IMG/VR virus record: IMGVR_UViG_3300020576_006967
Span: 64,001-128,000 of that record
Source: a virus
Taxonomy: Duplodnaviria; Caudoviricetes
DNA: 64,000 nt
Reading direction: 5' to 3' (one strand)
Shown here: in pieces, positions 1 through 8,880 of the stretch
How the letters are laid out: the number at the start of each line of letters is the position of its first letter
Numbering within the stretch: the first letter of the stretch is position 1
Notes under the pieces: generated by a model
The model's database searches: none
Told to the model about the DNA's origin: nothing
Seen by the model: the letters and a program-made list of their open reading frames with translations, nothing else
Translations under genes and position numbers: made by a program

Positions 1-858
1 TGATATAGAATAATTTTCTTTGAATTCTGCGGATTTTTGTAACAATCTTTTATTTATTTCTTGATCCATCCAATCGTCAATTCTTAGCGTAATTACATTT
101 TCTTTTTTCTTTGAAGGTTTGTTTATTGGTTCGCAATCATACTCTTGTCGATATGTTTGTGGAAATTTATTTTTTATTTCTTCATACCAAGAAATGTTGT
201 TGTTTGGATTTTTGCTCCATAAAAATTCGTGAGCATTGTATCCATTTTCTTTTTTGATTGCCTTGTCATATATTTTGTAAAACGCATCATCTTTATATCT
301 TACAGAAGAATATAAAATGCATTTGCCACGATCTTGAGAAAGTGTCATTATTGCGCTTGTAAAAACTTGATCGGAATCTTCAAAAAAAGAAAACTCGTCA
401 AAAATTATTAAATCGCTTACCTGTGCACATCCTGGGTTTTTAGACACAGATGATGAAATAATCTCTGAGCCATTTTTAAGAACAATTTCTCTTAAATTAT
501 TTGTAGGTGTGTTTTCTTTAAAATCTTCTTTGTAGAAGTTTTGTAAAACCAGTCTTACTTTTTCTAAAAAGTTTTTTGCCATACCTGAATTTGGAGAAAT
601 TATTGATATGTATTTCTTGTGTGAAAAAATAGTGCACCAGCAAACATATGAAGCCACGATAGAGCTAAAATGCATCTGTCTTGATTTTTTAAATATTGTA
701 TAATCCTCTTTGTGAAGTTTGCTAATTATAGATTTTTCAAATTCAAATATTGGTAGTTTTTCTACTTTAAATTTGTTGTAGGCGTTTGTGCCAACTCTAA
801 AGTCAGTTATGAACTTTATTGGATCTTTTGAATATTCGATATATTGTTCTTTTGTCAT
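1..858 (-). CDS. Terminase large-subunit ATPase-like protein (degenerate) with probable C-terminal ribbon-helix-helix; runs off the window edge
   Basis: Manual translation from ATG 858: MTKEQYIEYSKDPIKF..KKSRQMHFSS (Walker A-like)..LIIFDEFSF (Walker B)..YRQEYDC..NVITLRIDD; open to position 1. Confidence 0.7.
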   Translation of the reverse strand, partial: MTKEQYIEYSKDPIKFITDFRVGTNAYNKFKVEKLPIFEFEKSIISKLHKEDYTIFKKSRQMHFSSIVASYVCWCTIFSHKKYISIISPNSGMAKNFLEKVRLVLQNFYKEDFKENTPTNNLREIVLKNGSEIISSSVSKNPGCAQVSDLIIFDEFSFFEDSDQVFTSAIMTLSQDRGKCILYSSVRYKDDAFYKIYDKAIKKENGYNAHEFLWSKNPNNNISWYEEIKNKFPQTYRQEYDCEPINKPSKKKENVITLRIDDWMDQEINKRLLQKSAEFKENYSIS

Positions 859-880
859 ACAAAAATTGGTTTGTCATACA
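851..880. repeat. 11-bp direct repeat tttgtcataca x2 over the start of the terminase-like gene
   Basis: tttgtcataca at 851-861 and 870-880. Confidence 0.75.
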
Positions 881-901
881 TAAATAGTGGCAAAAAAATG
901 A

Positions 902-928
902 AACCTTTCGATCTTGTTTAGCGTATAA
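902..928 (+). promoter_or_regulatory. ECF-type promoter motif AAC-N17-CGTATAA
   Basis: tgAAACctttcgatcttgtttagCGTATAA directly before ORF 930. Confidence 0.65.
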
Positions 929-929
929 G

Positions 930-1562
930 ATGATAATGACGACAATTCCATTTACAGCCGAAGAGGTAATAGCTGCCGCTGGTATTCATCCGCTTAAGGT
1001 AAAAAACATATTCCTTTATGGTTCCAGAGTATACGGAACCGCCACGGAAACATCTGATTGGGACATTATTCTAATTGGAAGCCATCTATTGGCTCATGAA
1101 GAGAAGAAAATGACCGTAAATGGCGCTCTTTTGAACATTCATATCTTTACACCAGACTATTTCAAGGACGAACTTAAATTACATCACCCAAGAACTCTAG
1201 AATGCCTTTTTGCGCCAGATTGGATAATACTTAACAACAAGGTTCCTCTTGTTCAAGAGATAAGTGTTAAACGTCTAGTTATGGACACACTTAACGAATC
1301 AAGAAATCGCTGGAAAAGAGCTAAAATGTGCATTTTGGATAGTAATTTCTATACTGGGCAAAAAAGCGCATTTCATTCATTAAGAGTTCTTATATTTGCA
1401 ATACAAATTGCTGAGCATGGAAAAATTGTAGATTATTCTGCGGCCAATTATTTATATCCAGAAATTATGGAGTGTGATGAAATTGACTGGGATTATTATA
1501 AAGAGAAATTCTTGCCGCTTAAAATTGAGTTAGAAGAAAAATTAAAAACATATCACATTTAA
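930..1562 (+). CDS. Pol-beta superfamily nucleotidyltransferase with helical C-terminal domain
   Basis: YGSRVYGTATETSDWD = GS..DxD NTase motif. Confidence 0.8.
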   Translation: MIMTTIPFTAEEVIAAAGIHPLKVKNIFLYGSRVYGTATETSDWDIILIGSHLLAHEEKKMTVNGALLNIHIFTPDYFKDELKLHHPRTLECLFAPDWIILNNKVPLVQEISVKRLVMDTLNESRNRWKRAKMCILDSNFYTGQKSAFHSLRVLIFAIQIAEHGKIVDYSAANYLYPEIMECDEIDWDYYKEKFLPLKIELEEKLKTYHI

Positions 1563-1642
1563 ATCATGGAAGAAATTAAAAGTTGGTGACAAAATATTGG
1601 TCGGAGATATAATATTTTTCTACATATTTATAAATAAAGAAT

Positions 1643-2431
1643 ATGGAAAAACGATATTATGTATATGTTTATTTAGATCAAAGAAAACCTGGAATTTGGA
1701 GTTATGAAGATAAAAATTTCGAATTTCAACCTTTTTACATTGGTAAAGGAACTGGAAAAAGAGAAACTATACACACCACACCAAGTATGTTAAAAATTAA
1801 AAGTTTTAAAACTAGTGTAATAAAAAGTATTATCTCAGAAACAAATGAATTACCAATGCATTATAGAGTATATGACGAAATTGATCAGACCACAGCAGTT
1901 GATTTAGAGATAAAGATGATAAAACATTTTGGAAGGCGAGATATACAAACTGGAATTTTATCAAATTGCACAGATGGTGGGGATGGGACTAATAATTTAA
2001 GTAAAGAAAAAAGAGATAGAAAAGCGCTAAGGAAACAAGTTTTTCAATATGATTTAAGTGGTAATTTTATAAAAATGTGGGATTCTCCAATAACGGTAGA
2101 AGAAACAATTGGTATTTGCAGAACTGGTATTTCAGAGTCTGCTATAAGAAGCGGAACTTGTGAACACTTTTTTTGGAGTTATAATTATTTGGGAGAAAAA
2201 ATAGAGCCAAAAAAAAGACACAATAAAGAAACAATATATAATAAGATTCAACAAATTAATATTGAAACAGATGAGGTTGTTGCTGAGTTTAATTCTGCTA
2301 AAGAGGCTGCTGAAAAACTAAACTTAAATAAAAATGCAAGAAATAAAATTTTAGATGTTGCACTTGGTAAATTAAACAGACATGGAAACCCAAACAAAAC
2401 ATATATGGGATTTAAATGGAAAACTTTTTGA
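1643..2431 (+). CDS. GIY-YIG homing endonuclease with NUMOD1-like repeats
   Basis: YYVYVY..FYIGKG..E..LSNCTDGGDG; FQYDLSGNFIKMW and F.SAKEAA modules. Confidence 0.8.
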   Translation: MEKRYYVYVYLDQRKPGIWSYEDKNFEFQPFYIGKGTGKRETIHTTPSMLKIKSFKTSVIKSIISETNELPMHYRVYDEIDQTTAVDLEIKMIKHFGRRDIQTGILSNCTDGGDGTNNLSKEKRDRKALRKQVFQYDLSGNFIKMWDSPITVEETIGICRTGISESAIRSGTCEHFFWSYNYLGEKIEPKKRHNKETIYNKIQQINIETDEVVAEFNSAKEAAEKLNLNKNARNKILDVALGKLNRHGNPNKTYMGFKWKTF

Positions 2432-2465
2432 AAATTGAAAATTTTTTTATATCTTTATAATCACA

Positions 2466-2603
2466 ATGATAGAGTCTATTTTACATCTTTTGGGTATTTG
2501 CCCTGACAGTATTGGTCATATTGACCTTATGGATATTGTCGTTTGTTATTACAACGAAATTCAAAATTTAATTACACTTATTCGATTAAGAAACGGATCA
2601 TGA
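2466..2603 (+). CDS. Small hypothetical protein (45 aa, not in ORF track)
   Basis: MIESILHLLGICPDSIGHIDLMD...; follows a TATCTTTA host-type promoter; stop overlaps next ATG. Confidence 0.5.
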   Translation: MIESILHLLGICPDSIGHIDLMDIVVCYYNEIQNLITLIRLRNGS

Positions 2604-2764
2604 AAAAAGGAATACATATATTGATGTTTTTGCTTATACTTGTAAATATTGTTTTGTATAAATTAGACCATATTTCAAGGCTAGACTTCGATCAAATGAT
2701 TTTTATGTTCCCATGCGTTTGGATTATTTTATCAACTGGTGATTTTGAACATGAAAAAAAATAG
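2600..2764 (+). CDS. Small membrane protein
   Basis: MKKGIHILMFLLILV.. hydrophobic; coupled to neighbours. Confidence 0.5.
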   Translation: MKKGIHILMFLLILVNIVLYKLDHISRLDFDQMIFMFPCVWIILSTGDFEHEKK

Positions 2765-3059
2765 TTTGCCAAAATATTATGCCAGGCCAGATGATGGCAC
2801 CATTTTTTCTTTAAACGAAGATCGCATAACATATTCAATTGAAGATTCTAAAAAAGAATTTCCATACAATTTGCATCATAAATATACTCAAGAGCATTTG
2901 CTTGCTGTTGATTTTTATAAAGTCACAAAAAAGGATTTTCCAAATCTTAAAAAAATTCAGGATGAATACTATGCTTATATGTCATGGGCCAATAGATCAG
3001 ATGGTCATGGTGGTATTCGTGGAGGTACATTAGAAGAATTCAGAAATTTAAAAAAATAA
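2751..3059 (+). CDS. Hypothetical protein
   Basis: ORF track, operon packing. Confidence 0.55.
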   Translation: MKKNSLPKYYARPDDGTIFSLNEDRITYSIEDSKKEFPYNLHHKYTQEHLLAVDFYKVTKKDFPNLKKIQDEYYAYMSWANRSDGHGGIRGGTLEEFRNLKK

Positions 3060-3061
3060 AC

Positions 3062-3337
3062 ATGCCATCAATAGTTAGAGGTTTTTTAATGGGTATAATA
3101 GTGTCTTTTTTTATTTTACTTGGTGTTTTATACACTGTAAATAAAAACAAAGAGGAAATTATCAAGTCTCAAGTTAAAATTTTGATTGATAAAAAAATTG
3201 ATTCCTTAATTTCAACAAAGGGCCCTTGGGTTGATTCAATCATAACAGCTAGGTATAAAATTATGATGACAGACACTTCTTTTCAAAGAAAGCTCTCAAA
3301 TGCAAAGGGTAGAATAACAAATATTTTTATCAAGTAA
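3062..3337 (+). CDS. Hypothetical membrane-anchored protein
   Basis: N-terminal TM segment. Confidence 0.55.
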   Translation: MPSIVRGFLMGIIVSFFILLGVLYTVNKNKEEIIKSQVKILIDKKIDSLISTKGPWVDSIITARYKIMMTDTSFQRKLSNAKGRITNIFIK

Positions 3338-3338
3338 C

Positions 3339-4736
3339 ATGAAAAAAATTTACATCATTTGTGGTGGAACCATGCAACATGTATCTCCACACTTTGCTTT
3401 AACCGCACCAGCATATGGAAATGTTGGACACGATATTTACTGTGCAATGAAATCACGTTTAGACAACGATTTGAATAGTGAATATTCTGTGAAGCTTATA
3501 CCAACAAAAATGGCGCTTGGTATTCTGAACAATGATGAATTTGAAGAAACATTTAATGTTATGAATCACTTCGGATTTGATTTTATTGAAACCAATGAAG
3601 AATTGAGTAAATTTATTGATGCTTTAATCAAAGATTCAGAAACAAGGTGCATTATAATGGCGGCTGCAGTATGTGATTTTGAACCAAGTGTTATTTCAAC
3701 TGTAATAGAGGAAGGTATGATTGAGAATCCAATTTTTAAATTTGGGAAAGATCAAAAAAGACTTGACTCAAACAATTATTATAGTCTTGATTTGGTACCA
3801 GCAGAAAAAATTGTGCATAAAATCAGAGAGAAGCGCAAAGATATTTTTGTTGTATCATTTAAGACAACCGCAGGTGTTGGAAGAGATGAAACTTACAAGA
3901 GAGGTTTGTTAGCATTAAAAAAGAATAGCTCAAATCTTGTTTTCGCAAACGACATTAGAGATAAAATAAATATGGTAATTACACCTGAAGAATTTCCACA
4001 TGAAGGTGAAACAAGAAGTGAAGCAATTGCTATATTGGCAGATATTACTTTAAAAAGATTGAATCTTACGTTTGGGGATAAAACAATTGTAAGAGATGAT
4101 CAAAGAGCTTTTCCTGAAGAGCTTATCCAAGAAGGTGTAATACCTCAAAATTGGTATGATGTAATGAAATACTTATTTGCTCACAAAGCTTTTAAGCCTC
4201 TTCCAGGAACTGGTAAAACAAGTGGGCATTTTGGTTGTAGAGTGGATGGTAAAGATTTTGAAAGAATCACATCTGAACGTAAAATAAATCACAACGAGAG
4301 CTTCCAAAGAGGTATGATTCCTGTGTATTCATACAAAAACGGCGAACTTATTGTTGGTGGTGCAAGACCTTCTGTGGGTGAAAAAACACAAGAATTAATT
4401 TATCATGAGCTTGGGGATAAAATTCATTCTATTGTACATTTCCACTGTCCTATGCGTGAAGGTTTTGAAGAGCGTGGTGTAATTCCTGTTAGAGAACAAT
4501 TTCATGTAGAATGCGGTAGTAGAGAGTGTGCAATTAACACTTTTGAAGGTATAAAAAATGGTGAAATAATCCCTGGCGTTTATGCAGTACATCTTAAAAA
4601 TCATGGTCCCAATATTGCTTTCCATAAAGATGTTCCACCAGGAGAGATAATAGATTTTATTCACACATACTGGGATTTATCAGAAAAAACTGGTGGAATT
4701 ATAAAGGGAGAAAATACTGTTAAATCACATATGTAA
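3339..4736 (+). CDS. CoaB (phosphopantothenate-cysteine ligase)-like domain fused to class II aldolase/adducin-like domain
   Basis: ICGGT, IIMAAAVCDF, VVSFKT, LVFAND (CoaB-like); RPS..IY..IVHFH..NHG (aldolase II-like). Confidence 0.7.
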   Translation: MKKIYIICGGTMQHVSPHFALTAPAYGNVGHDIYCAMKSRLDNDLNSEYSVKLIPTKMALGILNNDEFEETFNVMNHFGFDFIETNEELSKFIDALIKDSETRCIIMAAAVCDFEPSVISTVIEEGMIENPIFKFGKDQKRLDSNNYYSLDLVPAEKIVHKIREKRKDIFVVSFKTTAGVGRDETYKRGLLALKKNSSNLVFANDIRDKINMVITPEEFPHEGETRSEAIAILADITLKRLNLTFGDKTIVRDDQRAFPEELIQEGVIPQNWYDVMKYLFAHKAFKPLPGTGKTSGHFGCRVDGKDFERITSERKINHNESFQRGMIPVYSYKNGELIVGGARPSVGEKTQELIYHELGDKIHSIVHFHCPMREGFEERGVIPVREQFHVECGSRECAINTFEGIKNGEIIPGVYAVHLKNHGPNIAFHKDVPPGEIIDFIHTYWDLSEKTGGIIKGENTVKSHM

Positions 4737-5481
4737 AAATAAAACCTTTGTGATTTTTTCTTGAACCATTCGCCACAGCAGTTATAGCAGTCTTTTTTAA
4801 ATTTAGTTTCTCAGAAGCTTCTTTTAATGAATTATAAATTGTGTTGTTGGTAGTGCATTTTACTTTTTTGTAAACAAATTTTTTCATTCTAGCTTCTATG
4901 GAGTTTTTTTTATGCTCTTCTGTTTGTTTTTTACCTTTTCTTTGTTTGCTCATTAAGTTTTTAGTTGTCTGAGAACGTTTACTTCCTATGTTTTTTAAAC
5001 GAATTATTTCGTGCTGTTCTTTTGTTAAAAAATCTTTACCTTTTCTTTCTTGCCTAAGTATTTCCTTGCGTTCTTCTGAAACTATTCTTTTACAATTTGC
5101 CTCATATTGAGCAGGTGTTTGTTTTTTACCCTTTCTTTGTTTGCTCCATAATTTTTTAGTTTTTTCAGAGATAATTCTACCAGAGCTACCTTCACCACCA
5201 TCTGTGAAATTGCAAAGTGTGCCAGTTTTTAAATCTAATCTTCCAAATTTAGCGATGAGCTCTTTTTCTAAAGTAAGTGCTTCTTGTTCACTGATATTAT
5301 CTTTGAATTTTTCTATTTTTGGTTCTAAAAAAAGTTGTTTAATTTTATTAAGTTTTCTTTTTAAAAGAGGGTTTGTGCACTCTGACAAATGATCAAACAT
5401 ACGATTTCCAATACCTTTACCAACATATATTGGAATATTTGGTATGTACCTAGTATCGTAATATATATAAACATAAGCCAT
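4720..5481 (-). CDS. GIY-YIG homing endonuclease with NUMOD3 repeats
   Basis: YVYIY..YVGKG..R..E..LCNFTDGGEG; SKQRKGKKQT repeated. Confidence 0.8.
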   Translation of the reverse strand: MAYVYIYYDTRYIPNIPIYVGKGIGNRMFDHLSECTNPLLKRKLNKIKQLFLEPKIEKFKDNISEQEALTLEKELIAKFGRLDLKTGTLCNFTDGGEGSSGRIISEKTKKLWSKQRKGKKQTPAQYEANCKRIVSEERKEILRQERKGKDFLTKEQHEIIRLKNIGSKRSQTTKNLMSKQRKGKKQTEEHKKNSIEARMKKFVYKKVKCTTNNTIYNSLKEASEKLNLKKTAITAVANGSRKNHKGFIFTYVI

Positions 5482-5639
5482 CACTTTATTTTTTTATCAA
5501 GATCCATTTCTATTAATTGTCTAATTCTTTCAGACATCGGAATTTCGAGATTTAAACAGTATAACTTATATTGCTTTCTAAGGTCTTTGGCAATAAGTAT
5601 ATTTATTCTTACTTCTTTATTGTTTTCTTTTATACTCAT
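5481..5639 (-). CDS. Small ribbon-helix-helix protein (52 aa, not in ORF track)
   Basis: MSIKENNKEVRINILIAKDLRKQYKLYCLNLEIPMSERIRQLIEMDLDKKIK; TGATG overlap with the GIY-YIG start. Confidence 0.65.
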   Translation of the reverse strand: MSIKENNKEVRINILIAKDLRKQYKLYCLNLEIPMSERIRQLIEMDLDKKIK

Positions 5640-5686
5640 ATACATAAATATGTATAAAAAACCAAAATATGAAAATATTTATTGAT

Positions 5687-6634
5687 ATGGATTTAAATGA
5701 GTCATATAGAAAAAGGTTAATGGAATTGGCTGGCTTAATAAAGTTGGATGAAGATGCTAAAATTATTCAAATGTACCCCAGTTCAAAAGTTAAAAACCAA
5801 CCAGAGGATATGTTGAAATATGCTGCAGAAAGAGCTGTAAATGGTTTAAGAATCACATCCGAACAATTAAAGTCACTAGATGAAAATCAACAAAAAGAAT
5901 ATGTAAAATTTATTGTAAAATTATTGTTCAATACAAATAATCATCATGGACTTATTGATAATTTTAAAGATACTAATTTTAAATTTTTAAGCAAAAGTGT
6001 TAAGCTTGAATTTTTAATTTCTATTTTACACACATCAGAATGGAAAAGAAAAGATTATTTATATTGGATAATTAATAAAAGCGGTTGTTTTAAAATGTTG
6101 CCAGAAAACGATAAAATAAGCGCAGTTGTTCAATGGGTAATGGATTCAACAAGACTTCTTGCTCCTAGTTGGTTTTATAAAGAGTTAGATTTTTTTTATG
6201 AACTATCTGAATTGGAAAGAGGTAAAATAATATATGATTTGTATGAAAAGAAAAATTATTATCTTTTATATGATTATAATATTTTTAATAGTTTAACCGC
6301 AGAAAACAAAAAATTTTATACTAATAAACTTTCTAAAATTGGAGACAAAATTCCAGATTTTATTTTTGATTTATTAAACCCACAAGAATTGAGTGACTAT
6401 ATACACAACTTAAAGGGTAGAATTCCATATAGTATGGGAATAGGAGAACACCAATTTAATAATTTGCCAAACGAACTTAAAAGAACATATGTAGTAAATA
6501 AAATAAGAGCAAGTAAGGTTTATAAACTAACACAACAGGAATTAAGTTCTTTAACACCAGATGAACAGGAAAAATTTAAGTCAAGATTGGTCGGTACACC
6601 AAATCCTAAAGCTGGAACACATGTGACATTTTGA
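5687..6634 (+). CDS. Hypothetical protein with helical repeats, possibly late/virion-associated
   Basis: Start MDLNESYRKRLMELAGL after TATTTAT motif; repeated F..L...K..Y helices. Confidence 0.55.
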   Translation: MDLNESYRKRLMELAGLIKLDEDAKIIQMYPSSKVKNQPEDMLKYAAERAVNGLRITSEQLKSLDENQQKEYVKFIVKLLFNTNNHHGLIDNFKDTNFKFLSKSVKLEFLISILHTSEWKRKDYLYWIINKSGCFKMLPENDKISAVVQWVMDSTRLLAPSWFYKELDFFYELSELERGKIIYDLYEKKNYYLLYDYNIFNSLTAENKKFYTNKLSKIGDKIPDFIFDLLNPQELSDYIHNLKGRIPYSMGIGEHQFNNLPNELKRTYVVNKIRASKVYKLTQQELSSLTPDEQEKFKSRLVGTPNPKAGTHVTF

Positions 6635-6677
6635 TGTTTGTGTATTTTTTGTTATCTTTGAATAACAAAAATAAGAC

Positions 6678-6995
6678 ATGGAATTTAATAAGGAAAAACA
6701 AATCAGTAAAATGAAACCAGCTGTAGACAAGTTGGTTTCACGCCTTGAAAAGAAAGGTATATATTTTAAACATTCAGATGGTGAGTTTGAAAATGTGCTT
6801 TTTTCATCTGGTGATCTTGAATTGAAAATGTCTCACCACTCTTTTTATAGATATTCTGGTATTGCCGTGCTTTGTTATGGCAATGATGATACAAACACAT
6901 CTAAAACAGTTGATGTGACTGATGATATGTACATGAGCATATTCATGGAACCAATTGTTGAAAACCACTTTAAAAAATCAAAGGTTTTAAAATAA
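6678..6995 (+). CDS. Hypothetical protein
   Basis: ORF after TTTG..TATCTTTG promoter. Confidence 0.55.
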   Translation: MEFNKEKQISKMKPAVDKLVSRLEKKGIYFKHSDGEFENVLFSSGDLELKMSHHSFYRYSGIAVLCYGNDDTNTSKTVDVTDDMYMSIFMEPIVENHFKKSKVLK

Positions 6996-7007
6996 CCTTG
7001 CGGCTAT

Positions 7008-7499
7008 ATGAGTGAATTAAAAGAAATTGTTCAAGTTAATCAAAAACATTTTGATTATCTTATTGAGGTAGCTAAAAAAGCTACCTGCAGCAGATCTAAA
7101 TGTGGAAGCATTATTTTAAAATCCTGGGCTACACCTAATTTTATAGAAATTATTGGCGAAGGATATAATTCTATGCCAACAGACATTCAAACCGATTGTT
7201 TCAAAGACGGTCTTCCAGATAATTTTAAAAGTGATAAGACGTGTTGTATTCATGCCGAGCAAAGAGCTATCATAGAAGCATTCAAAAACCATCCTAAAAG
7301 CGTTCCTGGCAGCGATCTTTTGTTTATAAGATTAGATGACCAGGGTAATCCAAAACACTCAGGAGAACCTTATTGTACCATTTGTAGTAAGATGGCTTTA
7401 GATGCTGGTATATCCAGATTTTTTCTTTGGCACAAAGAGGGTTGGACCGCATACGACACAAAATATTATAACGAACTTTCATTTAAATACAATCCATGA
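7008..7499 (+). CDS. Cytidine/dCMP deaminase family protein
   Basis: HAEQRA and PYCTIC zinc motifs. Confidence 0.8.
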   Translation: MSELKEIVQVNQKHFDYLIEVAKKATCSRSKCGSIILKSWATPNFIEIIGEGYNSMPTDIQTDCFKDGLPDNFKSDKTCCIHAEQRAIIEAFKNHPKSVPGSDLLFIRLDDQGNPKHSGEPYCTICSKMALDAGISRFFLWHKEGWTAYDTKYYNELSFKYNP

Positions 7500-7741
7500 T
7501 TTTAAAAACAAAATATGTTAGAACAAAAGAAAACAGAATTATTGTTTTCTCAGAATTAAATCAACACTCAGAATTTAAAAATTTTGAACCGATATCAGCT
7601 GGTTTTATATCCATAGGTGTTGGTGAAGATGGAAACCCAGATTGTTCTTGTTATGGAGAGAGTGTTTCTCTTAATTTAAAAAGCGATGAAGCTGAAGATA
7701 CGCTTCTTGCTAAAAGACAAATTCTTGGATTGTGGTTATGA
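7496..7741 (+). CDS. Hypothetical phage protein
   Basis: ORF track; PISAGF..CYGESVSL. Confidence 0.55.
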   Translation: MILKTKYVRTKENRIIVFSELNQHSEFKNFEPISAGFISIGVGEDGNPDCSCYGESVSLNLKSDEAEDTLLAKRQILGLWL

Positions 7742-7929
7742 TTACAGATGAACATATAGAAAAAAACGGTAAGCAAATAAAGAAGGTGTCGCTTATTTAT
7801 GTTGATGGTGATCCAAAAACTTGTGATGGATGTGATGAGCAGAAAGTTTGCGCTTCAGTAAGAGATATTGTTGGTAACGTTATGATAATTTGCAAAGATT
7901 GTTTGCAAGAAATCATTGATCATTTTTAG
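7732..7929 (+). CDS. Small zinc-finger-like protein
   Basis: CDGC..CKDC. Confidence 0.5.
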   Translation: MVMITDEHIEKNGKQIKKVSLIYVDGDPKTCDGCDEQKVCASVRDIVGNVMIICKDCLQEIIDHF

Positions 7930-8134
7930 GCTTCTTTTTTGTTTCTGGCCATTCTAGCCAACCATAAACATAAGGAGCAATTTCTATGTTTCCTTGAAGT
8001 GCTTCAACATAGTTTTTCGTGGATTGAGCCATTTTACCTTCTCGTGCCAATATATCATCTATTGCTCTTTGAATTTGTTGTTGTACTGCTATAACTATAT
8101 TTTTTCTTGCTGCATTTTTTACTTTTTCTTTCAT
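7913..8134 (-). CDS. Hypothetical protein
   Basis: ORF track, follows 8143-8805. Confidence 0.5.
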   Translation of the reverse strand: MKEKVKNAARKNIVIAVQQQIQRAIDDILAREGKMAQSTKNYVEALQGNIEIAPYVYGWLEWPETKKKPKNDQ

Positions 8135-8142
8135 GAGTGTTT

Positions 8143-8805
8143 TTATTCTCTATCTAGTATAATTTCTATTATTAATTTTCCTTCTGGGTCTGAAACCCCA
8201 TCACACATAATATCTACAATTTTTAAAGCTATTATTTTTGAGCCATCTGATGAACTTGTGATCATCCTGGCACCAACGCCAAGTGAAAGTATTATTTCTT
8301 TGTTTGGAAGCTTTAATTCATGTTCTGTGTAGTTGATTATTAGTCTCACATCCACACTTTCATAAATTGTTGTTTTTGGCTTTAAATTTACGATTTGATC
8401 TGTAAGTGTTTTTAACTTTTCCTCATACGCCGCAGCTAGTTCTTTTTCTTTAGAAGTGAGCTCGTTTTGAATTTCTTCCAACTTTTTATTTACACTTTCT
8501 TCTATCTTTTTACTTTCAACAACAGCAATATTTTCGACTTCTTTTGCTGCTTCTAGTTTAATTCCATATAATATCCTATTACCATTTGAGTATTCGTTTA
8601 CTAAATTAATAGCGTAATCATCTTTGTCTTTTTCAGGATCGTGGAAGGAAGCATTTTTTCTATTGTACTTCATTATAGCTGTTCTAACAGCATCTACTTC
8701 CATTCTGCTATAACGCTCTACAAGCGCAGGAATATGTTCTAAAAACGATGGATTATACAGCTGGTACAAATCTTTTAATAATAGTGTAAAGTCTTCTTTT
8801 TTCAT
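8143..8805 (-). CDS. Hypothetical coiled-coil protein
   Basis: ORF track. Confidence 0.6.
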   Translation of the reverse strand: MKKEDFTLLLKDLYQLYNPSFLEHIPALVERYSRMEVDAVRTAIMKYNRKNASFHDPEKDKDDYAINLVNEYSNGNRILYGIKLEAAKEVENIAVVESKKIEESVNKKLEEIQNELTSKEKELAAAYEEKLKTLTDQIVNLKPKTTIYESVDVRLIINYTEHELKLPNKEIILSLGVGARMITSSSDGSKIIALKIVDIMCDGVSDPEGKLIIEIILDRE

Positions 8806-8843
8806 GGTTTCTTTTTACTAAGAAATAGGTTGATAAAAAGCAA

Positions 8844-8870
8844 AAAACCAGATTTTTTAGATCTGGTTTT
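8844..8870. terminator. Intrinsic terminator
   Basis: aaaaccagat / atctggtttt inverted repeat flanked by A and T runs. Confidence 0.65.
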
Positions 8871-8880
8871 ATTAAAATTA

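Noticed and set aside
930-1562. Nucleotidyltransferase as the CCA-adding enzyme for the tmRNA
   Set aside because: Too small and lacks class II CCA-enzyme motifs such as RRD; the host enzyme is the simpler explanation
1563-1610. Fragment reading ..KLKVGDKILVGD before the GIY-YIG gene, a possible relic of a disrupted gene
   Set aside because: No in-frame start and no recognisable continuation after the endonuclease; too short to support
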